From positions 20,028,001 to 20,092,000 of the forward strand of contig NC_087252.1 in assembly GCF_037042905.1 (NCBI RefSeq): a stretch of 64,000 nt of DNA, given 5' to 3'. This document shows positions 12,531 to 24,429 of this stretch, in pieces (positions within the stretch are counted from its first letter, which is position 1; every line of letters starts with the position of its first letter). A model generated the notes under the pieces. It saw only the letters and a list, made by a program, of their open reading frames with translations. It searched no databases and was not told the DNA's origin. The position numbers and the translations under genes were made by a program. This DNA is from Lytechinus pictus. Taxonomy: Eukaryota.

Positions 12531-12790
12531 GGTTCAAAATAGCTAAGACAATATATCAAATGTCCATTGCTAATTTATTAATTTTATCGTGGTGAATAAT
12601 ACTTTATTTACCTTTTGAATCCATAATGATATCTTTGCTTGAAAGCGATTCAAACCACTTTTTTATGGTTAATGATTTTAAGTTGATACCCTGAAAAGAA
12701 TTCCATACATTTCTCATTTTCACTTAGAATATAAAATTTCATTTGCCGACACTATTTTGTGTGTGCCATAATACAAACTATTTCTGGTGG

Positions 12791-14350
12791 CAGTGGCGTA
12801 CCGTGTGTCACGGCATTGGGGGCACAAGCAAAAAAAATAGTCACTTAGTGAGCGCGCGAAGCGCGCTCAGTTTTCAGGAATACTTTCCTAATACATGTAA
12901 TAGAGACATTTTAAGGACAGAGCCATTAAACGGATATCTCACTGATCAAATAATGCGAGCGCGAAGCGCGAGCAGAAAATTTTTGATATTCGGACTTATA
13001 AATAGGGAATTTATAAGCAATTTTTTGTAATCATGATACGTACCTGACTCGCTAAAACAAACAATACGAGCGCGAAGCGTGAGCTGAAATTTTTGTATAT
13101 GAAGAGTTCACGTGCAAAAGGAGTTAGGTCCATTTTTCATCAAATTTGATTTTTATGTCTCAATGTATAGATTTTTAGTAGCTCTATTAGATGATACCAA
13201 AGAAAAGTTGAAATTCGTATTAAAAAGTGAACTAAAATGGCAAAGAAAAATCATTTTTTTCAAAAGGGGTTAGGTCCATTTCAGTTTAGTTGCAAAAAAA
13301 GATATATAGAAAAAAAATGAAGACAGGTAAATTTATTCTATTCCCAATTTTATGTTCACATGATAGGGTAGTACATCATGACAATTTAGTTTCTCATAAG
13401 AATATTGCAATAAGTGAGAATAAAAAACATGGTTTTTCTCGGAATGGTCCAAATTGGACCTAACCCCTTTTGCAACTAAACTCTTCATATATTGACCACA
13501 AACAGGGATATTTTAAGGACTGTATTTTAGGAATCCATTAAGAGTTTATCTCACCATAGTCATCTAATGCGAGTACCAAGCGCTTGCTAATTTTGTTAGA
13601 ATTACATCTAAACACATGAAGCACTTGTAGTCATTGTAATCATGATTAGCATACGCATCTCACTAATCAAATATTGCGAGCGCGAAGCGCGAGCTGAAAA
13701 TCTAGGAAATTCAGACCTGAAGAGGAGCATTTTAAGGCTTGTTTGTAGGAATTCACTTAGACCATACGCGTTTCACTAACCAAATGATGCGAGTGCGAAG
13801 CGCAAGCTGAAAATTTTTTATATTCAGATCAGAGAAAGGGACATTTTAAGGACTGAATTAAGGAATTCATGAAGAGTAGACAAATTATATCCTCACTAAT
13901 CCACTAATGCGAACGTAAGCACGGAGGGGAAATGTTTTATATTTAGACCTTAAAATGGGGCAATCACTTTAAGCAGTCATGAAAAAATAGCATATGTCAC
14001 TGCATGAAACAATAGTCACTGGAAGTGCGAGGAAATATTTGGTGTATATTGACTTGAAAACGGGAGGCTTTATTACAACAGGATTGTATATCTCGTTAAA
14101 CAGACAATGCGAGCACCAGGAACAATGAAGACATAAGCCCTGAGCAAACGAAGTTATGAACAAATGTTTCTTATGCAATATAACATAACATAATCATAAT
14201 ATAATATAACATTATAATGAACAATAATTTCTTCTCTCCACTACATTTCTCTTCCTTTCTCTCTCTTTTTCTCCTTTCCCCGTTTTTTTTTGGCCAGCCA
14301 ATAGGGGGGGGGGCACGTGCCCCCATACCCCCCCCGTAGTTACGCCACTG
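12791..14350. mobile_element. Non-autonomous hAT-like element with internal GCGAGCGCGAAGCGCGAGC repeats
   Basis: TIR CAGTGGCGTA / TACGCCACTG and a perfect 8-bp TSD TCTGGTGG (12783-12790 / 14351-14358). Confidence 0.85.
13101..13486. mobile_element. Sola1-like MITE nested in the hAT-like element
   Basis: GAAGAGTT ... AACTCTTC ends, 4-bp TSD ATAT (AWWT type) and repeated AAAAGGGGTTAGGTCC motifs. Confidence 0.7.
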
Positions 14351-14739
14351 TCTGGTGGTTCCTGTGAGGTAACACATATTTGATGTTCCCAATAACATGA
14401 ACTCTTCTTGCAATCAGACAGTTTTGTTACGGTCCTTTGAGTTTGTGACAAATAAGTATTGTGCCACACTGTACCTCTAAAAATGAATCAAGTTTATTTT
14501 AAGCAAATAATACGGCTTTGTTGAAAAAAGATTTATAATATCTCCCACGCTCACTCTAACGGTTGGCGGTGACAAGCTTATGGTTTTGAACAAAGAAACC
14601 CCAAATTCAGCCCATGGACAATGTACCGACAACAATGCCATCTTCAATAGAGTCAAATTCTTAAATTATGAAACATGAAAAGATCCCAAGTCAACATGGC
14701 AGTGTACTTGCTGTGTATTATCACCACAAGAGTAGTTAA

Positions 14740-15506
14740 AGGGGAATCCAACCCAAATAAAAAGTTTTTTTTAGGGGAAAAAGAAAAATCAGACAAGTCG
14801 ATAGGTGAAAGGTTGAACAATATCGGACAAACAGTAAGAAAATTATGAATTTATATAAGATGTAACAATTTGTAATCACCAATGGAGACTTCAAATTGGT
14901 CGCATATGTGATGTCATCGTGATATAAGGCAAGGACTACTCCTTAATGTACTCCAATACATAAAATGGCTAAAATGTATTTTTTTTCTTCAAAAGTTTGA
15001 CTTCAAATTATATTTTTGTTTTATGAGGACATAAAACAATACACGACCTGGGTTATATGTAGAAAACCACAAATCCCTGATAATTAAGTAAACCATGGGA
15101 AAGTTGTCCTTGTCCCGTATCATAATTTACTTACCAAGTTGCCAATTTGAAAAATACACTCTAAAAAAAAAGGTTTACCCAATATTGGGTAAAATGGGAA
15201 CATGCATGTTGGTTGGGGGGAAAAAAGATTCTAAATATTTTGTAAATTTTACGCATGTTGCGTTGAAATAGCCCAGTATCGGGTAGAAAAAAAACCTAGC
15301 AAACATGCATGTTCCCTTTCTACCCAATATTGGGTAAAATTTTACTTAGTGTTTCTAGAGTGTACATAGTTTATATGGATCTTAATTTTACATCAGCCAT
15401 AACTTTCTTATTGCTTGTCCGATTTTTTTTCAAACTGTCACCGTTCTGTTTTATTTATTTTTCTCCTTTCTAACACATCATTTTATGACCAAAGCTGGAT
15501 CCCCCT
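14740..15506. mobile_element. Kolobok-type MITE, family 4, with a nested EnSpm-like MITE (15157-15362)
   Basis: TTAA|AGGGGAATCCA ... TGGATCCCCCT. The nested element reads TA|CACTCTAAAAA ... TAGAGTG|TA. Confidence 0.75.
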
Positions 15507-15887
15507 TTGATGCCCATGGTGCAGTTAAAAGGGGGCGGCGCCACAGGCACGGGAGGGGGGGGGGGGCGGCGGAGGGGTAGGGGGCGATCGCCCCATAAGG
15601 GCAAGTCTTGGTCCAGTTGTTCTGAATCTCGTCATTCAAACAGAGGGTTGTGGGTTCGAATCCCAGCCATGGCTTATTATTAAGGTCGTCTGGCCCCTCC
15701 CATACTTGGGTATTCATTCTGTTGCCGCCCCTACAATGGTTTGACGTTACAATGCCACATAAGTAGGCCTTCTTCAAAATTTGCCCCCTTATATCATGCT
15801 GTGCCTCCTCGAGAGGTTTGGCTCATTACGCCACTTATGACTGTTGTATACTATCAATGTATCGTACCTGCTGTATTCAAACCTTAA

Positions 15888-17634
15888 TACCCCCATCTCA
15901 CTAGGAAGGCGATCGTGGCGACCATGGCGATCTGTGTAAATCCCGCAAATCGTAGCAGAATCTTCCTCGAATTCTATTTTTAGCCTGCGAGGTGATTGCA
16001 CTGCAACTTCTATGCGACCGATCTGCGCTGAAGGCGATGGTAATACGCTGAAAGTACGACGATGCCACTTTCTTGCGACGATTCGAGGCAGATGTGATGC
16101 ACTGCTTCTGCGATCAAAGCGATCGTACAACGAGGCTCATACGCTAATTAGGATCTCGGTACGGTGGTGCTACGAATGAAGCGATTATGTTACGTTCATG
16201 ATGGGCTCTTGAAACGATTTTAAGCAATCGGCATACTAATCGCGGCACATGACACATTTTTCAGTCGATTGCCAACCTCCGACCAACATGGATGTCCAGA
16301 ATTTGGTTGGACTTATACATCTTGGCATTCTAAAAGAACATCAGTTAAAAGTTGAATGCGAGGACAGGAGAAGGAGGAGGCCAAAAAGATACAGGGTCCG
16401 ATCCTGGCTGTCACCTAAGTCATAATATACAATATTTTTAAAATTTCATTCAAAAGATGTCGATGAGCCTAATAGTTAATATGAGGGATGCATCCAGAAT
16501 TTCATAAAAGAGCATAAAAATCTTTGATATTCTGTTTATTTTTTTCCACAAAGGTTGTCACTCAAAAATATTTGGTAAATTCCTTTCAAATTTGCTGACA
16601 AGAAGTAGTCTACTGATGTGAGAGCACTCATGAAAAGGGAGGGGGAGGAGGGCACAATGCCAGAATCTCCCTAAAGATTGCCTTTCCCAATCAATACATT
16701 AGTGATCGAATCATTAACAAAATTTGATGTTGTCTACTGTCACTGTGGTTAGAATTCAAATTATTTTCAAAACATAATCAATTTATTTATTTCTGCAGAG
16801 GTAACCCATTTCGTCATCAAGACATGTGAGCGTCTTTTTTTCTTTCCAGCTGGCTCAGCAGTACGATTTTCATCCTCCTGTACCCCCTCCTCTTCCTCCT
16901 CTACCTCCTCCTCCTCTACCACCACCATAACCCCTTGATCTTCCTCTTCGACCGCCGGCCTAAGAGGGGTAGCTTGGGCAGCTTTCCCTTTTCTGGTCCT
17001 TTATCTGGGAGGTATGTTTGAAAACGCCGTGGTATCGCCTCGTAATCTGTTGCAAATATGATAATCCGCCACCATCGGCACGGCGTTTTATATCAGCGCG
17101 GACGGTTGTTGTGCAATCGCTGCCCAGTCATCAGCGGCGCAGCAAAAGCGCAACGCGAACGCCTGTAGCGGGCTGAGAACGTGTGCCACATGCCACCCAA
17201 AGAAGGAAGCGTCGCGGTGGAAGCTATGTGAAGCGTGTCGAGCGCAAGGCAGTCGCCTTGTAAACGGAAGCAGCGTAGCAGAATTGTCTTGGGAACGGGC
17301 CTGAAAACCACGGGCGATCGGTGCCGCTTTTAATGCGCTTATACTACGCTTTATGCGTTGGGGCTCCGTTACAGCTACGAATATGTCGTTTGTAATACGC
17401 TCATGACTCGATTGTGATGCGCTTTAGCACCTCCGCGATCTCGCTACGTAAGTTTTGAACATGTTCAAAATTTTGTGGCGACCATAAAGATGGTGGCGAT
17501 CCTTGCCGCTTCAGAAAAGATCAAGGTACGACGGAGAAGATTGAAAAGATCAAGGCACGATCATGCTACGTTATACCACGCTTTGTCGATTTTTGACGAT
17601 CGCAGTGGAATCGCCATCTAGTGAGATGGGGGTA
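15888..17634. mobile_element. Internally deleted PIF/Harbinger transposon
   Basis: 17-bp TIR TACCCCCATCTCACTAG with 3-bp TSD TAA. Contains a transposase-like N-terminus (16288-16425, +) and a convergent acidic ORF stub (about 16810-17015, -). Confidence 0.8.
16288..16425 (+). pseudogene. Truncated Harbinger transposase N-terminus (MDVQNLVGLIHLGILKEHQLKVECEDRRRRRPKRYRVRSWLSPKS*)
   Basis: caacATGg start. An Arg run followed by a (W/Y)xVRxWL-like motif is typical of Harbinger transposase N-termini. Confidence 0.6.
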
Positions 17635-17637
17635 TAA

Positions 17638-18218
17638 AGGAGAATGAAACCCTTGAAACCAGCAGAGTCCATATCAAAGAGAAAAATCAAAGAAACATAT
17701 TGTTGAAAGTTTGAGGAAGATTGAATGAATAATAAGAAAGTTATGAGCCTTTGAATATTGAGATCACTAATGCCATGTAGATCCTCCCATTGGCAATGCG
17801 ACCAAGATCTGTGATGTCACACACGTACAACTCCCTCATTACTTTAGTAATTATTTCACTTATATTCTCACTTTTATAGAGTCTATCACAGGGTGAGGTG
17901 TTCTCTTTATGAGAGGACAAGTACAGAGGTTTCACAACATTATATCATTGATGAATCGTTTGTCATATGATTAGAATGAGCAAAAAGAGATGTTTTGGGG
18001 TATATTTACAGTGTCCAAAAGGGGAGAGTTCATCTGTGACATCATAGATCTTGGTCGCATTGCCAATGGGAGGATCTCCATAGCATTAGTGATCTCGACA
18101 TTCAAATGCTCATAACTCTTCTATTGCTAGTCCTATTTTACTCAAACTTTTGTTGATCTTATTCTTTGATTTTTCTGCTTTCACAAAAGCGAACTTGCTC
18201 CAAGAGTTTCATTCTCCT
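17638..18218. mobile_element. Kolobok-type MITE, family 5
   Basis: AGGAGAATGAAAC ... GTTTCATTCTCCT|TTAA with long inverted arms. Confidence 0.85.
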
Positions 18219-19034
18219 TTAATCATGTTAATTGTGTCTAAGAACTTCTAAATATATATATATATATTTGATTTTCACCACGGTTCTACTTAAAGCATTA
18301 ATAGAATTTCAGATTGAGATATATCCTTTTTTTTATTATGACAAGCACAACTATTGCTGATTTATTGTCATTTTATAATGGCAAACAAGGTTATTGTTCT
18401 GTTAAATTGCAGAAAGATTCCTGTTTTATGAATTTACAGAATGATTCTGTTATTGTTTCTGCAAAATCGTTGTTTTCTGTAAAATCGCTGTTTTTTAACA
18501 GTGTATGTTTTTTAGCAAGAATACCCATATTTTCTTTGAGAAGACCCCCCCCCCAAAAAAAGTCACATTAAGTCACATCTCCAATGATAAAAAAACTGGC
18601 GTCCCCTGAGATCGAACATGTGTCTATCACGTGTACGTGTCTCATGATTCTGAACAAATTGTTGTTTTTCATCTTAAAAGAAAGGTTGTACAGATCTGTG
18701 AATAATAAATCTCAACATTTTTTTCCACAAGTATTGTGAGCATATTTGTCATTATTCAGTCGGGCTTAGGCTGTATTTCAACCTTTTATAAATGGATTTC
18801 AAACATACGTTTCAGAAATAACACACTTCCTTGTTAATTTATTTTACGTCAAAGTTTTGCTATTCTTTATACTTTTTCATAGGTATTTTGAGTTAAGATA
18901 TTTTGCATATTTCATATGCAATTGATATAGATATTTTGTCATTCAATTGAATTCAATATTTAATTTGTTACATCCTGGGTGATGCAGAAAGATTTTGTGC
19001 ACAGCATTTACATTGCAATCTAAAAAACGAAGAG

Positions 19035-19796
19035 CTAATCTCCCGGGGTATTTTGATTCTTGTCATTCCCGGGGGGGGGGGGGGTTTATGGCCCCCCTTA
19101 AGATCTCAGCCGCGGATTGCGCGATCACAACGAACATTTGCATGATGGTAGAGAATGATGCAATCTACGCAGTTGCATTGGTAAATTTCACTGAATTCAT
19201 ATATTTGTATTTTATATGAACTAATTATGCTAATTTATTCATGAAATCATACTTTTTGCTCTGATTCACTAAATAAAGCTCCTAGAATGCTATTTTTTGG
19301 TGAAAATATTCTTTATAGCATTCCTAACAATTGTGAATGAAAAAATCTGGTACCAAGACCGATTTCTTATGTATTTTATTGTTTTTTTAATTTCCTATGA
19401 ATTTCTTGGTTTTTTACTTTTTGTTTTTTTTATTGTTTTTTCGATGGAAATCGTTCCAGACTTAATTCTGATCATAAACGAGGCAAAATTAATTAAGTTT
19501 AATCAGTAAAAGTAGAAAAAAATGATATATTTATGAATTTTGGCTAATACACAATCTGCATTGGATTTGTACATGAAATCACGTTTATGAGCAATTTTGG
19601 GTCTGACATTCACTTACATAATGGTGCGTAATGTCGTAACCGCGTACCCGGGCGTCACAAATTTGGTCTCAAAATTTGCGCGAGACTTGAAAGTAAAAAG
19701 TCAGTGAGCGGCGAGGTCAAAAAACTTTGCGCAGCAGATATATCGCGAAAATTGTCGAGGGGGGGGGGGCATTATGGCCCCCCGGGAGAATTAGGG
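19035..19796. mobile_element. piggyBac-like MITE inserted in a palindromic repeat (about 19020-19938)
   Basis: Right end CCCGGGAGAATTAGGG|TTAA. The left end CTAATCTCCCGGG lacks its tip. Confidence 0.75.
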
Positions 19797-20913
19797 TTAA
19801 AGAGCGTGTATATATAGTTACCGCACTTCGGAATGCTGATTTTTCTCGTTCACATTTGAACTAGACAAATCAGCACTCCGAATTGCAGTCACTATACACG
19901 CTCTTTAATAGCTAGATTAGCTCTTCGTGTTTTTTTATAGTGGATGAGGATGGTTATGATAAATTAAAATAATAAAAGCTATTCACCAAACCAGTCCTAA
20001 CATTGAAAAAAAAATAATGATATTTATAATGACAATAATAACAACAATGATAATTATAATACTACTACTAATGATGATGATGTTGATAATGATAATAATA
20101 ACAAAAATAGTAAAAATCATAATGATGACAAAAAGAATGGCAATGGAATATTACTTGCAATGATTGCAATAATACTACTACTAATAATACTAATAATAAA
20201 TAATGATAATAAGGATAAAAATAATAATGGAATATAAATTGCAATAATAATAATAACAACAACAACTAATATTTGGAGCTACTACGATAATACTTTCAAA
20301 ATTTGAAATAGTACGGCATGTCCCGGGCTTATCAAATTGCAAAAAAGTTACTACGGTTGTAACACTACCGGTAAAATGACATTTGCTCCTGCGACGATCG
20401 CTCGGGACTTAATTTCATCTAAGATGAAGAGTTAGGTGTAGGGCTGGAATATGGTTTTATACTAGGTTTATGGTAGGGTATTTAGTGTTAAACCCAGGAT
20501 TGAATCTGGTCAATCGATTAGAGTGTGGAGTTTAGAGCAGAGCAATATTGTCGCCGGAGCAAATGTCATGGAACCAACTTTGCCACCCTATGATAACCAC
20601 CATGATGGCAGTGCGAGACAGCCAATCAGATTCCAGAAACATATGAAATATATTTAAAATGATAAAAGTAAACTTATGGGTGTTGAGAAATAAAATCAAT
20701 TGCAATGCCATTTGATATTGAAATATCTCATTTGTCATACTTATTTATCACTTATTTCTTATGATACGAATTTCCCCCTTAATATCAAAAGAGATGGGCC
20801 AGCATATGAAGAACATTTTCAAACTATGGTAAAACTGTGTATTAATCATTACATAATACGTATTTCCCTCTTTGCTTTGCAAGCAAGAGCATCTGACATA
20901 AGTAAACAATCTA

Positions 20914-20919
<6 letters not shown>

Positions 20920-20988
<69 letters not shown>
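20920..20988. repeat. (TA)n microsatellite (another at about 53029-53080)
   Basis: Seen directly. Confidence 0.95.
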
Positions 20989-20991
<3 letters not shown>

Positions 20992-21147
20992 TTATATGTA
21001 TATATGTGTGTGTGTATCATCAAAACAGGGCCCTATAGGGCCATAAATATATACACACACATACATATATACATTTACATACACAAATATTCGCAATTGT
21101 AATAGTAGAATGCCGTAAAACTTAAATCATAGCTTTTGTCATCATTA

Positions 21148-21745
21148 AAGGACAAGTCCACCCCAACAAAAATTGATTTGAATAAAAAGAGAAAAATCCA
21201 ACAAACAACACTGAAAAATTCATCAAAATCGGATGTAAAATAAGAAAGTTATGAAATTTTAAAGTCTTGCTTGATTTCATAAAACAGTTATATGCACATC
21301 CTGATCGGTAAGCAAATGAGGAGACTGATGACGTCATCCACTCACTATTTTTTTATATTTTATTGTATGAAATATTCTAATTTTCTCTTGATTGTCAAGT
21401 GAAACGACGATTTATTCCCCCCCCCCCGTAACATGTGGAATAAGCATTGTTCAATACTATATGGCTCAGTTAAGTCGGTCCTTATTTTCAAATCTGTAAA
21501 AATGAAATATTATATTATTCAAACAATAAAAAAACAAAAGAAACAGTGAGTGAGGGACATCATTGACTGTCTCATTTGCATGTCACCGAGTTGTGCAAAT
21601 CAATGTTTTGTGAAAAATAAACGAAACTTTAAAACGTCATAACTTTCTTATTTTACATCCGATTTTGATGAAATTTTCAGTGTTATGCTAGTTTGATTTT
21701 TCTCTATTTATTCAAATAAAAAATTTTCTGGGGTGGACTTGACTT
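21148..21745. mobile_element. Kolobok-type MITE, family 1
   Basis: TTAAAGGACAAGTCCACCCC ... GGGGTGGACTTGACTTTTAA. Confidence 0.85.
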
Positions 21746-22002
21746 TTAAGGAAAACAGAGCCCATACGTATGTATACAACGAGTACAATATTTTGACATT
21801 TGGCGTCTCATAGCTTTGGCGGCTTTGAGACTCAGGGCTAAAGACATTAATTGAAATAAAAGGTATACGCGTTCAAAGAATAGCCAGGAATTATCCCTCT
21901 TAATAAGCCATTTTCAATCTATTGAATAAAAAAATATATAATAACAGGAAGACGGATCTAGGCCAATAGGTAAAGCCTATCAATGAAGGTCTTTAGACTT
22001 AC

Positions 22003-22071
22003 CGCTAGGTCCTGATCCATTTTGAACACATCGAGCCTCGAATCCACGGCCGTTGGGAATAACTCATCCAT
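22003..22071 (-). CDS. Gene A exon 1 (MDELFPTAVDSRLDVFKMDQDLA), type II membrane SEA-domain protein
   Basis: ATG at 22071, with a second in-frame aaaATGg. Open for 23 codons, then donor GCG|GTAAGT in phase 0, matching the phase-0 acceptor at 10924. Confidence 0.65.
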
Positions 22072-22382
22072 GGGGCTAACGTAGGCCTAATATAGTCCTA
22101 AAACAACTCCTCTGCATTAACGGTCTGTAGTCATAAATCAGGTTCACAGTATGAGAGCTATGAAATGATTCAGACAACAACCTCGCCCTGCAATGGTTCA
22201 GAAAACAGATGTGCGTTCCACCATTCACTCCAAGTTCATCAGAACAGGACCCTTTCATACATGTATTTATTACTGTTCCGAATGAATAGTGATCTTTTGT
22301 TAGAGAGTAGTAGAGTTTGGCTATTGAAATCTTATGATTTTCATAACGGGAAGAATGCATAGAGCAGCGTGTAGGAATTTAC

Positions 22383-22931
22383 CGCATACATTCGTAATTC
22401 CGAAGCTTCGTTATTCCGAAGGATCGGATATTCCGAAGGTTCGTTATTCCGAAGGTTCGTATTTCCGAAGGTTCGTAATTCCGAAGGTTCGTTAGTCCGA
22501 AAACGAAATGAGGTTCGTAATTCCGAAGGTTCGTTAGTCCGAAAACAAAGTGAGGTTCATAATTCCGAAGGTTCGTTAATCCGAAAAAGAAACGAGGTTC
22601 GTAATTCCGAAGGTTCGTTTGTCCGAAAACTAAATGATTAACTAACGTTATTTAGTTTTCGGACTAACGAACCTTCGGAACAATGAACCTTATTTCGTTT
22701 TCGGAAAAACGAACCTTCGGAACAATGAACCTTATTTCGTTTTCGGATTATCGAACCTTCGGAATAACGAACGTTCGGAATAACGCCACAAATGTTCGGA
22801 TTAACGAACCCTTTTACGTTTTCGGATTAACGAACATCGAGGTATAGGCAATTTGCGTGTTTCGGAATTACAAACCTTCGGAATAAAGAACCTTCGGAAT
22901 TACGAACCTTCGGAATTACGAAGTGTAACCG
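22383..22931. mobile_element. Foldback-like element built of TTCCGAAGGTTCGT repeats, copy 1
   Basis: Tandem ~15-mer units that switch orientation near 22650. Ends CGCATACA ... TGTAACCG. Confidence 0.8.
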
Positions 22932-23250
22932 AATTTGTATAAGTGTGACTGGCTAATATTCCTGCTGGAAACTGACTCTGGTTGACATCTTAGTTATGAT
23001 ACTTCCGAATAACCCTATTTCTTTTTTATAAAATGGGCCGTTTTTGGTTTAGTAAAAAAAAAAAAAATTTCGAATTATCAACATTTTCAAGGGTTTTTGT
23101 CCATGGAAAGGATAGAGGCGTGTTCCTTAAAAACGTTTAAACTGTAAAATACTGTGTAAACTGTAAAATATCTTGATCGATGATGATATAGCATGGCGAA
23201 AAAGCAGAGCCTTCAAGTATGTGTAAGGGCAATTGTCTGTCATTATAATA

Positions 23251-23452
23251 CACTCTAAAACACGGAGTAAAATTTTACCCATTATTGGGTAGAAAGGGAA
23301 CATGCATGTTTGCTGGGTATATTCTTTTACCCAATGTTGGGCTATGTCAATGCAACATTGCGTAACATTTACAAAGTATCGGGAATCTTTTTCCCCAACC
23401 AACATGCATGTTCCCATTTTACCAAATATTGGGTAAACCTTTTTTTAGAGTG
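23251..23452. mobile_element. EnSpm/CMC-like MITE (same family at 15157-15362 and 50205-50409)
   Basis: CACTCTAAAA ... TTTTTAGAGTG with the shared internal GGGAACATGCATGTT. Confidence 0.75.
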
Positions 23453-23712
23453 TTTAGTATAATGTCCGTAGAAGTGGTAGAATGTCTTTTCAATTGAGAT
23501 TTATTTTTCCCCTGTGTTTCATACGATGAATATATACACCAGTAGTCCATGAAACAGCGCTATGAGGACGTCTACTTTCAGCATCCACAGAAAATCCCAC
23601 ACAGTTATCCTGCCTTAAGATGGAGTAATTTTGGATGGTGGAGTGATCTGTGTGGTTGGCCTGTGTGATATGGAGCACTTCGCTTTCTTATGGAACAAAC
23701 AAGTCATCCCTA

Positions 23713-23933
23713 CACAGTAAAAAAAAATATATACAACGCTGTTTACTATATGAACCTTACAGTAATTGTTTAAACAGCTTAAACAAGTGTTCAAATCTGA
23801 AGCAACAAAGTTTAATTTTCAATATCTAAATCTTCAACAAATTAAACATGATTGTTTAAACGGTTAAACAAATACTGTAAGGTTCATATAGTAAACAGCG
23901 TTGTATAAAATCATTAACAGCATCTTTACTGTG
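23713..23933. mobile_element. EnSpm/CMC-like palindromic MITE
   Basis: TA|CACAGTAAA ... TTTACTGTG|TA with inverted arms. Confidence 0.7.
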
Positions 23934-24429
23934 TACAAACAGTACATTCTTATGCTAGTCATTACAAGGAACTCAGTAAGTATTGCCTAGCATTCGATCA
24001 GTATCTGTTTTAGTCAGAAGGCGTCATACACACTTCCTTGCCAACTCGGTCCAAACTTGGTTCTGATGGTCTTCTTGGTCTTGTCCGACAGACGAAGGGA
24101 CAGACGTTTAAATGATCTAACATGCGCCACATCTTACAGAGAGTTACGATTGATGAGACCAACTGCAACTATGGAAAGCCAGCAAAGCTAACATCCAAAA
24201 TGCATGTTTATTCAAGATATCTTGAAGATAATGATGTACGCTCATACAGTCATCCTTGTCTTGACAGTTCGGTGTGCTCCCATTCGATTTCAAAGGACTT
24301 TGCCAAATTTCCTCTGGGAAAAATTATGACAATGATGGATTTCCATATTTTATTTCATTTCGTTTGTCGTTTCAATCGCATCTTTTGTAAGACGAGGCCA
24401 TGATATCCTGTTATACTAGATGATCAATA

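Noticed and set aside
22383..22931. CRISPR-like array of regularly repeated TTCCGAAGGTTCG
   Set aside because: There are no unique spacers, the repeats invert at the centre, no cas genes are present and the context is eukaryotic.
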